Part shown: piece after piece, positions 38,987 to 49,132 of the stretch
Layout: the number at the start of each line of letters is the position of its first letter
Numbering within the stretch: the first letter of the stretch is position 1
Source: Perkinsela sp. CCAP 1560/9
Lineage: Eukaryota; Protista; Euglenozoa: Kinetoplastea
Length of the DNA: 64,000 nucleotides
Direction: 5' to 3'
Assembly (NCBI GenBank): GCA_965644495.1
Contig: CBFFSA010000004.1
Location: 558,001 to 622,000, forward strand
Translations under genes and position numbers: made by a program
The notes under the pieces: generated by a model
Databases searched by the model: none
What the model saw: only the letters and a program-made list of their open reading frames with translations
Told to the model about the DNA's origin: nothing

Positions 38987-41726
38987 GGGTTCGGAAGCAA
39001 AAGTCCGTGTCCGATTACCACGCCTTCTTTGGATATTAAACCGATCACCGCAACCGAAGAGGACATCATTACGGCGCTTTCCAGCTTTCACCGAGGTTCC
39101 TCAGGGGGAGCTCTCGGACTTCGGCCTGAGCACCTACAAGTAGCAGTGCAATTCCATCACGACGCCAGGACAGATCCGCTCGGTACGCTCACGAAACTTA
39201 TTAGTCATATGCTAGCGGGCAAAGTACCACTTGAAGTCCAACACTGCTTCGCCGGCGGACGCTTATGTGCTTTACACAAGGGTCAGGGTGATGTCCGCCC
39301 CATTGCCGCAGGGGAAACCTTCCGCCGACTAGCGAGCAAGATAGGATGTCTGTCTGCAAAGGCTAAATCCAGAACGCTCTTCAAAGATCAACAATACGGA
39401 GTGGCGACGCCCGCAGGAGCCGAGCGTGTTATCCACATTTGCAGGCGCCTGGTTGCGCACCACATCAATAACGAGGATTTTGTGCTATGCAAGGTTGACC
39501 TTCGCAACGCTTTCAATCACATTTCAAGAAATAGCTTTATGGCCTTGACACGGCATCATTTCCCTGAGTTGAGCCCGTTCGTGGAATGGTGCTACAGTTC
39601 GGACAGTAACCTGACATTCGGCGCACGTGTAGTTCAATCCTCTGAAGGCGTACAACAAGGAGACCCGCTCGGACCCCTTTTGTTCTCGCTCGTCATGAGA
39701 GAAATGGCCGCAGAAATTAAGGCCGGAGCTCCTGATCTTCATCTCAATCTCTGGTACCTTGATGATGGCGTCCTTGCAGGCCAGGCTTCTGATGTACGTC
39801 ACGCACTAGATATCATCGAAATTGGAGGGCCAAAGTGGGGTCTGAACCTCAATCCGTCCAAGTGCGAAATAATCACACACCCTTCCTCATCTCATCAAAC
39901 TACCCACTTTCCTGACATTCCCGGGCTCAACATCAACATGGAAGGTAATCTGAGCATCTTGGGAAGCCCCATCGGATCTACGACGTACAGCCGTCAGTTC
40001 CTCCTCGACAGCGCGATTTCCCAGGCGGAGGAATCCCTTGAAGCGATCGAGAAACTGGAGGACCCTCAGGTCGCTTTCTCTCTCATCCGACAGTGCACAG
40101 GGTTTTGCCAGATGGTTTACTCCCTTCGCACGACGCCGACGGACGAACTACTGGACTTATGTCGCAGACTCGACAACGCCGTTCAGCGTACGGTTGAAAC
40201 GTTTTGTCGCCCACTGAGTGACATGGCTCGACGACAAGCACAAAGAAATAAACAGTTCGGCGGTCTCGGCCTTCGCTCAGCGGAAATGCATGCCACCTCA
40301 GCGTACGTAGCTTCAGTAGCTTTCGCTTCCGACAAGGATCGATGGGATGCAAATGAGGCTGAGGGCTTTTCTTACGCCGTGGAGGACATTAACCGGCGTG
40401 TAGGGGGGTGTATGGTGGACAAATCTACCGGGAAAATCCACAAGGACTCCGTCATAAAGAGATGCCCCTTCTCGCCCTCCCCTGATATTGACCTTTCTCA
40501 AGATTTGGCGATTCCTCGACAACGCGATCTCAGTCATGCGATTTCAGCGAGAGACTTTGAGGAAGATTACGCAAGAGCGGATCCCCGCACTCGGGCTAGG
40601 TGGCTCTCACAAACGGGCGACGGGGCATCCAACTGGGCCTTCACGGTTCCCTCGACTCTCTGCGGTCATGCCTACACCCCTACTGAATTTCGGACTCTGA
40701 TTCGTTGGTGGCTCGGGGAGAGTATATACCCTCAAGGTCACAACTGCCCGATTCCGAATTGTCGCCTCCCACTCGGCCCTGGGGGGGACCATGCGCTAGC
40801 CTGCAAGTGCGGCCACGGAATCATTACAAGGCACAACGCCCTAGCGGAACAGTTCTCCGCTGAATGCAGCAAGGCCGGGTTGAGCCCACAGAGAGAAGTC
40901 TCTCTGGGAAACAGGGGTCCGGGCGGCGCCCTCACGCGACCCGCAGATGTCTATGTCCGGAACGGTGGTCTCGGTCAGGCCCTCGTCCTTGATTTCGCTG
41001 TCACACATGTTCAGCAACAAAAGTATACGGACCTGGTCCGTGATGCTAACATGGTGGCAGCCGGGTCATTCGCCGAGAGGTACGCCGTCGAACACAAGCG
41101 GAAGCAACGGGAGGAAGCTGAAGAAACGAAGACCAAGTTCACAGCTATGGCTGTCGAAACATACGGATGCTGGAGTCCGGCCGCTATGTCGGTCTTGCGG
41201 GAAGTCTCGAAAGGCCAAGCTGCGACCTCAGGTGGAACACTTTCGCAAGGGGGGGCGTTACAGCAAATACTAACAAGTCTGAACGTCACCCTCATGCGCT
41301 CCCAGGCGCGTATGCTCGTTCTTCGCCTCCCCTCGGCGAACACAGGCCCTGCACTTGTGGGGTATGGCAAAGAAGAGTAAGGAAAACTTCTGGCCTGGAT
41401 GTTGGTCGAGTCGACAGAGTCTATGCTCACGCCTAGCCCGCGAGGGCTAGGTACCCCAAGTGAGGTAGTACACGGGTAGTGAATCTCCTCCCCGTCGGCC
41501 AGCATCCTGTTTCGTGACCGTGTCGCTGTCGACACAGGCCCGCTCCTGCGCCCTCCTGTATAACAAGGGAAGGGTTCACAAGTCAGGCCGTGGAGAGGTC
41601 GAAAGACCCGGTCCGGAACGCGCGAATGGATTGGGCATAGATTTCTTGTTTTTATTGTTATTGTTTTTATTGTTCTTATACTTACGGGAGATCGAATTGC
41701 TAGTTTTGGGCTCCAAAAAAAAAAAA
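38987..41726 (+). mobile_element. 5'-truncated CRE-A nested in YR copy 2 (ORF 39029..41380; 3'UTR RNA 41397-41636)
   Basis: Same insertion point, truncation point and 106-bp duplication (38881-38986 / 41808-41913) as in copy 1. Confidence 0.92.
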
Positions 41727-42248
41727 CAAGACAAGAAAAAAAGAAAAAGAACAAAGACAAGAAAAAAAAGAAAAAAAAACAAAGACAAAAAAAAAAAAAA
41801 TAAAAAAGCGGACGGGGTCCTGGGGTTTGGAGGTTGTCCCTATAATTTTGGAAGGTTATGGATGTTAATCGGTTAACAGCTCTTTATTCTCACGCCTTGT
41901 TTTTTCGGAAGCAAGGTTCCCCAATGTGAGGTAGAGATGAGTAAAGGTTTCCTTTGCTCTGCGGTTAGCGCCTTAATGTTTTTTAGCCGCGTCACTGTTG
42001 ACACGGCCCTACGCATCACGCCTAGTTGCTCCACACTTCTAGGTACACAAGTTGGTCTAGGGCAGAGGTTAAAAGCGTAACCTGCGTAGCTCGTGTGAGC
42101 TTGTAAAGGGCGTGGCAGTGGACTGGTCATCTATTGCTATCGTTATCCTTTTGTGAGTTCTGGGATGGTATATGAAAAATTATTTTACTATGTGATTGGG
42201 CATTTCTTTGGTTATTTATATTGATTGTGTGCCGTGTGTGTGGGCAGG

Positions 42249-42921
42249 TTGGCCGAGGGTTCCGGTGGGGGGGAATCCCGTTAACAACGTGACACATTAT
42301 TATTGGTTTTATGCAGGCTTTCTTTTGAACTATGTTTGTGCATGTGAATTCTATCTATATATCGTATTATGTGTTCTTTGATTTTGGGACGATTTGGAAG
42401 TGTGATTATATTAGTCATAGGTATTTACTTATATTTGTTTGTTACTTGTAAGTTTCATGGAGCCCCCTCGGCGTGGATTTCTAATAGTCCACGTTTTGAA
42501 ATTTAGCCGAGGGGCTGTTATGTATTTGCCTGCTGGCCCTTCGGGGCACATAGTTTCTTCGAATTATGATTTGTATTCAGAATTTTACATGGGATGGGTA
42601 TTTACTATTATCTTATATATCCTTGTTAGGTTGTTATTTTACTTTGCTTTAAGTTTTTGTGCCCACCCACCAAGCCCCCAGCCATTTGGCCGAGGGTTCC
42701 GGTGGGGGGGAATCCCGTTAACAACGTGACACATTATTATTGGTTTTATGCAGGCTTTCTTTTGAACTATGTTTGTGCATGTGAATTCTATCTATATATC
42801 GTATTATTATGTTCTTTGATTTTTGGACGATTTGGAAGTGTGATTATATTAGTCATAGGTATTTACTTATATTTGTTTGTTACTTGTAAGTTTCATGGAG
42901 CCCCCTCGGCGTGGATTTCTA
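42249..42921 (+). repeat. Split direct repeats B1-A2-B2, YR copy 2
   Basis: Same organisation as 31699-32369. Confidence 0.92.
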
Positions 42922-43638
42922 TGGATGAAGTCGAAAGGAACATTCCGCCATCCCCGACAGCCCTCCCGCCGACTAATCATTTGCAACCACTCCCTCCGAC
43001 GCCGCCATCTTACTCGCAACCGCAAAATAGCACCACGACGGCAGAATCACCCTTGCAAACAAACGAAAAGCAGGCCTCGCAGATCAAAGTACGTCGAAGC
43101 TTTCATGAACTGATGAAAAAATTTGAAGCAGAAAAAAAAGAGAATCAAGCGAAATTGGAAGCTGAGAAAAAAGAACAACAGGCTGCGCGTTTGAAAGTCT
43201 ACGCGACGACAGCAAAAAATTCCTATACTCTGCTGAACTCTGCCACGTCTTACATTGGGGCGGCAGCGAAGGCCCTCCTCGCATCGTCAACCGGAAGAAT
43301 CAGGAGCCCTTCACCCATCGGTGATCCGAACCAAATCGACGACCGGAACCAAATAAGTGTTCGGATCTCCAAAAGCCGAATAGTCGAGAGTGAAATTCCC
43401 TGCGATACACAAGTGAAGGCAAATTCGCAAAAGATGAACCACGACGATGCATCTGAAGTCGCACCATCCAAAGTTAGAGCACAAGAAGCAAAGGAACGCG
43501 GAGCGATGCCGAAAACTCCGAAAGCATCCGAGACGACAGAATTTTTTTTTTTTTATTTATATCTATACAGGGCATTACCTGTAGAGTAATAAAGTCTAAC
43601 AGGACGTACGCATATGACGTCGCCTGCTAGACCATTTG

Positions 43639-46314
43639 CTAACCAAAGCTTTGGTTGTCCCATAAAGGGGATTCCCTTTTCAGCCAGAGTTGAAAGCTGC
43701 TCCGGATCGCCGTTCGGATGACTTCGACACGGCACTTATCTGAGAGTGCCTTGTCACCCAAAAAGAGACGGTTGATGTGACGCAGCGTCGTAGAAGGGAG
43801 ACCTCTAGCTCCAACTTCAAAGCATATCAAGTGGCAGTCTGAGTGCCTTACCTTTCGTCGGTGTAGAATATTTATGTACTTTTCTACTTTTCGGCAGTGG
43901 GCTTCGTGTACGTTTTCCTCCCAGGGCATCGTCAACTCAACGATAAATTCAGTTCCGTCGTTGAGTTTGACGATTCCATCTGGGCGAAGCTGTGTTTCCA
44001 GGTCGGACCACCATGCGGGTAGTTGACGTAGGTGTGGGAGATCAAAATGTGCCTCTGCTGTATGGGGGGAAGAGAGTATCGCGTTTGCAAAGGTGGAGAG
44101 TACACAATCGTGGCGATATGTGTAACGTCCCTGTTCTAGTGATACCTTGCACGAGGATAAGAGGTGTCGTAATGTTTCCGGTTCTTGTTTACAAATTCGG
44201 CATTGTACTGTATCTGTGCCGTGAATTCCCCATGTCCTCAGCATTGTCCTAGTAGGGAGAGTGTTTTGTACCATTAAAGAAGTTGCGAAGCGGCTAAGGG
44301 AAGTGCTACGTAATCCGTTTATCGCGGCGCTGAAATCTTTCGCCTGTTCTTCCTCGGAGGCTATATCCCACCACTGAATAGCGAACGTTGACCTGCGGCG
44401 TAGTGCGTTGATCATTCGGTCCTCATTAAGCTCAAGAAGAGTTCGTTTTGCGAGATCGCGATCGTCCAGTATGTGTGTGATGTCACATGCTGGTCGAATT
44501 TGGCCTTTCCTGCGCTTATGTTCTTCAGCCCGTATTCTTTCCTGCAGTGCGGCGGTAACGTTCGGGTCTCGGGACCGCTTCATTTGACAGAGAAGATCAG
44601 CTGTACAGTCCTCCCAGAGTCTGGACAAGCTGCAGATGTTCCATCCACGCTGAGAGTAGATTGCTTCGCTGCATGTAGTTCTAGCCGCATTGATCCACCG
44701 TTTCAGGGAGTGAGTACACATTTTCTGAAGGCGTAAAATAAAGTTTAGAGTGATACATGGGTGTATAGTAAAGGTGAAGCGTAGCCGAGAGATGATTGCG
44801 TGTTGATATATCCAAATTTTTGATGGGAGGTCGTGGGCCGACTGGTCAATGTTATGAAGCCATCGCTTCAATAAGGGCCTAACTTTCGTGAAAAGGGCTC
44901 GGGATTGTTGAGAACCGGGGGCAATATTCATGCCAAGAAACGTACTTCCTTCGTCGCATATATGCGGTATAGCTTCGTTCTTGATGAAAATTTGAGGACG
45001 TCGTGTCATGTAGCCGGGGTGTTCATCATTTTTCTTGGACGCCATGCATTGGACTCTGCACTTTTTGACGTTGATGGAAAGGCCAAGCGAACCGAGTACC
45101 GTGGATAGTGTTTCAACAGCCAGTTGCATTTCTTTTTCACTATTCGTCAGGACCGTGAGATCGTCGGCGTACGCTTTTAGGAAGCTTTTTGGAAATCCAG
45201 GGAGGTTCAATCCAAATGAGGGAAATGATTTTGCCATGTAACGTAGGGCTAGCTCCATAATCACCAGAAAGAGCGTAGAAGAGAGAGTGTCACCTTGTAA
45301 GACACCTCGTTTAGCTGGGATCGCGCTGGACAGACCTTCGTAACATTTAATGCGGGTACTTGCGTCAGTGTATAAGCATTGGACGTATTTAATAATGTTT
45401 GGGGAGATTCTCGCCCATTCCAGTGCTTCAAAGATGATGTTGCGGGGGACTGAACCAAAGGCGTTACTGAGGTCTAGCTGGGCCATGCAGTAGTTCCACT
45501 TGTTCTTCCGGTAGTGGCGTAGGAGCTCTGAGAGGGATTGCGTATGTTCGAGAGTACCGTTAATGGCGGGGAGAAAGCCTTTCTGTATCTTGGGGTCAAT
45601 GACAGAGGCTTCAAGTAGGAATTTCGTCATTTTCCGGCTGATGATGGAATGCAGGAGTTTCCCTAGTACGCTAGTCAGGCCGATGGGACGCCAGTTTTGT
45701 GGGTTGTCAGGCTCCCCTTTTTTGTAAATGAGGCGAGTGACGGATATTTTCCATGACGTCGGACATGTGCTGAAGCGCACTAGCGCGTTGAAGACGTTTG
45801 CCATGTGCGTGTGGGAGCTGTGGCATCGCTTTAGAGTCTGGTACGTAATGGAGTCCTGGCCTGGAGCACTGCTGTTTTTCTTTGATGTGAGAGCGTTCGA
45901 AATGTCGATTGAAGCCAGTTCGTCCCAGGTCATTTCTGCCAGAGGACGGTTTCCGAGGACGTCGTGGGGTGGTAAGTGATGCACTGTAGTGGGGTCCGTA
46001 AGTAATGTTGTGAACACACTTTCCACTTTCTGTACATTGCAAGTCGGATAGGCCGGTACACTTTCTGCTTCTGTCCTTTTGTCCAAGGTTTGACTCGCAG
46101 CCGTCCATGGATTGCGGTTGAATTGTTGAAGTGCCCAGCGACTTTCCAGTTCCTGTTTTTGGGCCATGGCTTCTGCGCTGTATATACGTTCCGCCTTTTT
46201 GGTTTCCTTAATCTTTTGTTTCAACGCCATGCGGGGAGCCTTGCCGTGTGTGTATCGCAGCTTCATTTGTAGTTGTTTTACATGTCGAGAAGGAAAAGGC
46301 AACTTTTTCGCTTT
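43639..46314 (-). CDS. HERO-like RT + CCHC + RLE
   Basis: Motifs SAPGQD, NWRPIGL, QKGFL, LDLSNAFGSV, GVLQGDTLS, YADDL, CRIC..H..C, GRYTYRHD and LRPDG..VELTMPWEE. Confidence 0.9.
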   Translation of the reverse strand, partial: KAKKLPFPSRHVKQLQMKLRYTHGKAPRMALKQKIKETKKAERIYSAEAMAQKQELESRWALQQFNRNPWTAASQTLDKRTEAESVPAYPTCNVQKVESVFTTLLTDPTTVHHLPPHDVLGNRPLAEMTWDELASIDISNALTSKKNSSAPGQDSITYQTLKRCHSSHTHMANVFNALVRFSTCPTSWKISVTRLIYKKGEPDNPQNWRPIGLTSVLGKLLHSIISRKMTKFLLEASVIDPKIQKGFLPAINGTLEHTQSLSELLRHYRKNKWNYCMAQLDLSNAFGSVPRNIIFEALEWARISPNIIKYVQCLYTDASTRIKCYEGLSSAIPAKRGVLQGDTLSSTLFLVIMELALRYMAKSFPSFGLNLPGFPKSFLKAYADDLTVLTNSEKEMQLAVETLSTVLGSLGLSINVKKCRVQCMASKKNDEHPGYMTRRPQIFIKNEAIPHICDEGSTFLGMNIAPGSQQSRALFTKVRPLLKRWLHNIDQSAHDLPSKIWIYQHAIISRLRFTFTIHPCITLNFILRLQKMCTHSLKRWINAARTTCSEAIYSQRGWNICSLSRLWEDCTADLLCQMKRSRDPNVTAALQERIRAEEHKRRKGQIRPACDITHILDDRDLAKRTLLELNEDRMINALRRRSTFAIQWWDIASEEEQAKDFSAAINGLRSTSLSRFATSLMVQNTLPTRTMLRTWGIHGTDTVQCRICKQEPETLRHLLSSCKVSLEQGRYTYRHDCVLSTFANAILSSPHTAEAHFDLPHLRQLPAWWSDLETQLRPDGIVKLNDGTEFIVELTMPWEENVHEAHCRKVEKYINILHRRKVRHSDCHLICFEVGARGLPSTTLRHINRLFLGDKALSDKCRVEVIRTAIRSSFQLWLKRESPLWDNQSFG

Positions 46315-49087
46315 CTAATGGACGGACTTTCCCCTTTATGTGTCCTCGAGCCGTTCGGATAATGAAACCCTTCCTGGAGTCGACGTCTCGCGCCACTTCA
46401 TATGCCGACACCGCTAGTATTGCACTCAGTAGTTCTGCGTTATGGACGGCGGAGAGTGCGTCGCCAGAGACAGTGAGCAAGGTGTTGCATCTGTGGAGGG
46501 CCCTACGTTCCACCTCGTGCCAGTGCGCATCAGCCAAGTTTATGTTTAACTTGCCCCCCTGGATGTATCGTGCCGTGCGGAAAAGGTACTCCGTCTCGTC
46601 GAGTGGTCTCGGAGAGGAAGCGGAAGTGGGGGGGTTAAGTTCGGGGTGTTCTTGCTCTTGTCCTGCGTTGGGGCTCCCCTCAGAGTCTCCTTCGATTCCC
46701 TGATCGAGGGATGGTCCATAGATTTTGCAGCATGGATGGCTGCATTTGAGTTTACTTATGCATCGATGTTGGCATGGGTGCGTCCGCTTCAAGGAGGAGG
46801 CGTGGTCACGCGAAATAATCTCGTATGGTGGAAGTGTTGGGACCGTTTGGGGCTTTGATGGCTGTACTTCTTCTTTGTCGTCGGTGCGAAGGAGCAGAAC
46901 GATCCGAAACGCCGATAACCCAGGGACCGCTCTCCCGTTCAGTACCTTATTTACCGCTTTACCCATTGAGCTAGGTGATGCGTAGTGGTTGTATAATTCC
47001 AGGCGGCTGTCGTGAAAAAGAGATACCCAGTTCGCGTGGCGAGAAATGTGACTTGTTGAGTCTACTCTACTAACTTCTAAAAAGTCACACGCTCTCTTTT
47101 CCATAAGTTCGTCTACGGTACACGTTTCTACGACGATGTCGTGTGCTGCACTTTTCCCATTGAGCGCTTTGGACAGGGCGGCTTCAGCCCCCTGGGGGGA
47201 AGGGATACGACTACGCACAAGTTGGCTTACGCATGCTGCATGCACATCCGGGAAATATCTCCATGTGTTGTCGTTGACGAGGCGGAGTTTGACAGGTTTT
47301 GACCGGGACTGGATAAAGTGGAAACGTTGCTTGTGTCGGTTATGGGTTACGGGATGCGTGGGGTCCTGGGGCGGCGGGAGATACTGTGACGGGCTGTCGG
47401 GAGTTTGTGTGGGAATCTGGGGACCCTCGGATTCATCCGAATGTAAATGGGCGTCCATTTGTGATGGGGGTAAGAGGCTTCCTTGTTCAAGCGGCGGGCT
47501 TTGTATTCGCCCTACGCTGTGCGCTTGTTGGAAAACCCAGGATGGGACTTCGTCATCGCCATTCTCATTCCGCGGACTGTGTTGGTGTGCTGGGGAAGAT
47601 GAGTCCAAGAGAATGATACTTTCCGGTGCCTTGTTTTTGGGAGTCGGGATGGCTGGTTCCCTGGCAACGGCACGGTCAGCTGTCGTAGTGGTTGTGTTTA
47701 GGGACGGTGTGACGAGATTCTTGGGAAGGGTACATGGGCCGGTGGGTAGAGTATCCTGCCCATCCAGTTTGCTTATCGGTGTGTCAAGCGAAGTCAACGG
47801 TGTGCCAGTGCGTTTGCAGCAAGGATGGCCGCACCCTGCCCTGTTCTTACATTTATGCTTACAGGGCTCGACACGGTCTGCTTGTTCGGAGGCGGGGCCT
47901 AGGCCTTGCTTGCAACACACGTGCTTACATTGATCTTTACTCTTGCAGATATGCTTGCATACTCTAGTTAAGGCGTGGACCTGAAGTTGTGTTGGAGATT
48001 TAGGTTTGGGGAGGCTTTGGGAGTCCGGAGTTTGACATGGAACGCCGTTGAAAAGTAGGAATTTGGCAAGCGAGCAGGCAGTTGATGCGACGGCACGACC
48101 GACGGTAACAGTGGGTGATTTTTGATGGGGAGTAACCTCCTTGGGTGGGGGTACATGTAAATCGTGTTCGCCTTTTGGACAGGGTGCTATTGTGTACGAC
48201 AAGCGTTCCTGTCCGGTGCTGCTGTGAGGTCGTACGGTTACCGCCGGGGTTGAGGGAGTGCCGTTAGCGTACGGTTGAGTGCGGCTTGAAAACAGATATC
48301 GTGTTGCAGCTCGCGCTGCCATGCCAAGTAGGTTGCTTGATTTCGGTACTTTCACATCCTGTGTTACGTGGTCACGGGTGCATGGCGGTGACGTTTCGTC
48401 CCTTTGTCGCGTACTTGGAGCTTCTTTGGGCCCGGATTCTTGACCGCTCGCCGTAGTGCTCGTGAGTTCGTATGTTGTTGGTGTAAGATTACGTTTGCAA
48501 CATGGGTGCCCGCAGGTCTGTTTGTTTTTACAGACATGCTTACAGGGTGTGCTACGTTGTACCGGCATTACACTCACAGCCGTGATCACCTTTACGTCTT
48601 CTCTTGCATCCGCCGGTGCGTCACTTCTCTTATTGTTGTACGTATCCGCTTTTGCTACGTGTACCAGGTGTCGTTTGCAGCATGGGTGTTCACAGTGAGC
48701 TTTGTCCTTGCAGCGGTGTTTGCATTCCGGAACGGTTTGTTGTGTGGTGGGGGGGACGCGGTGAGGGGGAAGTTCGTTTGTGTGAGGAGTGACCAGGATA
48801 TGTGGCCGCGTTACACCCCGCTTGCAACAGGGGTGTCCGCAGGTGCTTTTGTCCTTACAAGGATGTTTGCATGGAGCTGGGGGTGCTTCTCCTGTGTCGC
48901 TGGTAAGGGACTCATTGCTCTTTTGGGATATGAGAGCCTGGACGGTTCGGGTAGCAGATTTTGCAACCCTGTCTGTGGGAGTGCCTTTCAGGGACAGGTT
49001 TTTGTTTTGGTTAGACACGTCGCGTGGTCTCTTAGGAGAGTCCTGCGACGCCTGGTGTGTGCCCTTCCCTGGTAGTAAGCAAAACAT
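46208..49087 (-). CDS. N-terminal region of the HERO-like element with six CxHxCxxxxxCxHxCCK fingers; out of frame (+1) with the RT
   Basis: The likely start is the ATG at 49087 (MFCLLPG), downstream of the SL remnant; the upstream part of the track ORF is antisense N2 sequence. Confidence 0.8.
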   Translation of the reverse strand: MFCLLPGKGTHQASQDSPKRPRDVSNQNKNLSLKGTPTDRVAKSATRTVQALISQKSNESLTSDTGEAPPAPCKHPCKDKSTCGHPCCKRGVTRPHILVTPHTNELPPHRVPPTTQQTVPECKHRCKDKAHCEHPCCKRHLVHVAKADTYNNKRSDAPADAREDVKVITAVSVMPVQRSTPCKHVCKNKQTCGHPCCKRNLTPTTYELTSTTASGQESGPKEAPSTRQRDETSPPCTRDHVTQDVKVPKSSNLLGMAARAATRYLFSSRTQPYANGTPSTPAVTVRPHSSTGQERLSYTIAPCPKGEHDLHVPPPKEVTPHQKSPTVTVGRAVASTACSLAKFLLFNGVPCQTPDSQSLPKPKSPTQLQVHALTRVCKHICKSKDQCKHVCCKQGLGPASEQADRVEPCKHKCKNRAGCGHPCCKRTGTPLTSLDTPISKLDGQDTLPTGPCTLPKNLVTPSLNTTTTTADRAVAREPAIPTPKNKAPESIILLDSSSPAHQHSPRNENGDDEVPSWVFQQAHSVGRIQSPPLEQGSLLPPSQMDAHLHSDESEGPQIPTQTPDSPSQYLPPPQDPTHPVTHNRHKQRFHFIQSRSKPVKLRLVNDNTWRYFPDVHAACVSQLVRSRIPSPQGAEAALSKALNGKSAAHDIVVETCTVDELMEKRACDFLEVSRVDSTSHISRHANWVSLFHDSRLELYNHYASPSSMGKAVNKVLNGRAVPGLSAFRIVLLLRTDDKEEVQPSKPQTVPTLPPYEIISRDHASSLKRTHPCQHRCISKLKCSHPCCKIYGPSLDQGIEGDSEGSPNAGQEQEHPELNPPTSASSPRPLDETEYLFRTARYIQGGKLNINLADAHWHEVERRALHRCNTLLTVSGDALSAVHNAELLSAILAVSAYEVARDVDSRKGFIIRTARGHIKGKVRPLESEKVAFSFSTCKTTTNEAAIHTRQGSPHGVETKD

Positions 49088-49115
49088 GTCGTTGTAAAGG
49101 GTAGGGAAAAGAAAA

Positions 49116-49132
49116 CAACAAGGTACAGAAAC
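49116..49132 (-). other. SL 3' remnant GTTTCTGTACCTTGTTG
   Basis: Identical to the last 17 nt of the 33-mer at 2408-2440. Confidence 0.8.

Larger units (their letters stand above)
34318..42921 (+). mobile_element. YR retrotransposon family 1, copy 2 (all ORFs open, with nested CRE-A)
   Basis: Near-identical to copy 1 but with different flanks on both sides; TA is shared at the junctions. Confidence 0.93.
43542..49132 (-). mobile_element. Full-length HERO-like RLE non-LTR element inserted antisense in N2
   Basis: Poly-A (T-run 43542-43554), 17-nt SL remnant at the 5' end, ATG at 49087; excision restores the N2 frame. Confidence 0.88.

Noticed and set aside
23757-42921. Simple tandem duplication of the 8.6-kb unit
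   Set aside because: Both flanks differ between the copies, and each flank pair rejoins a different host ORF.
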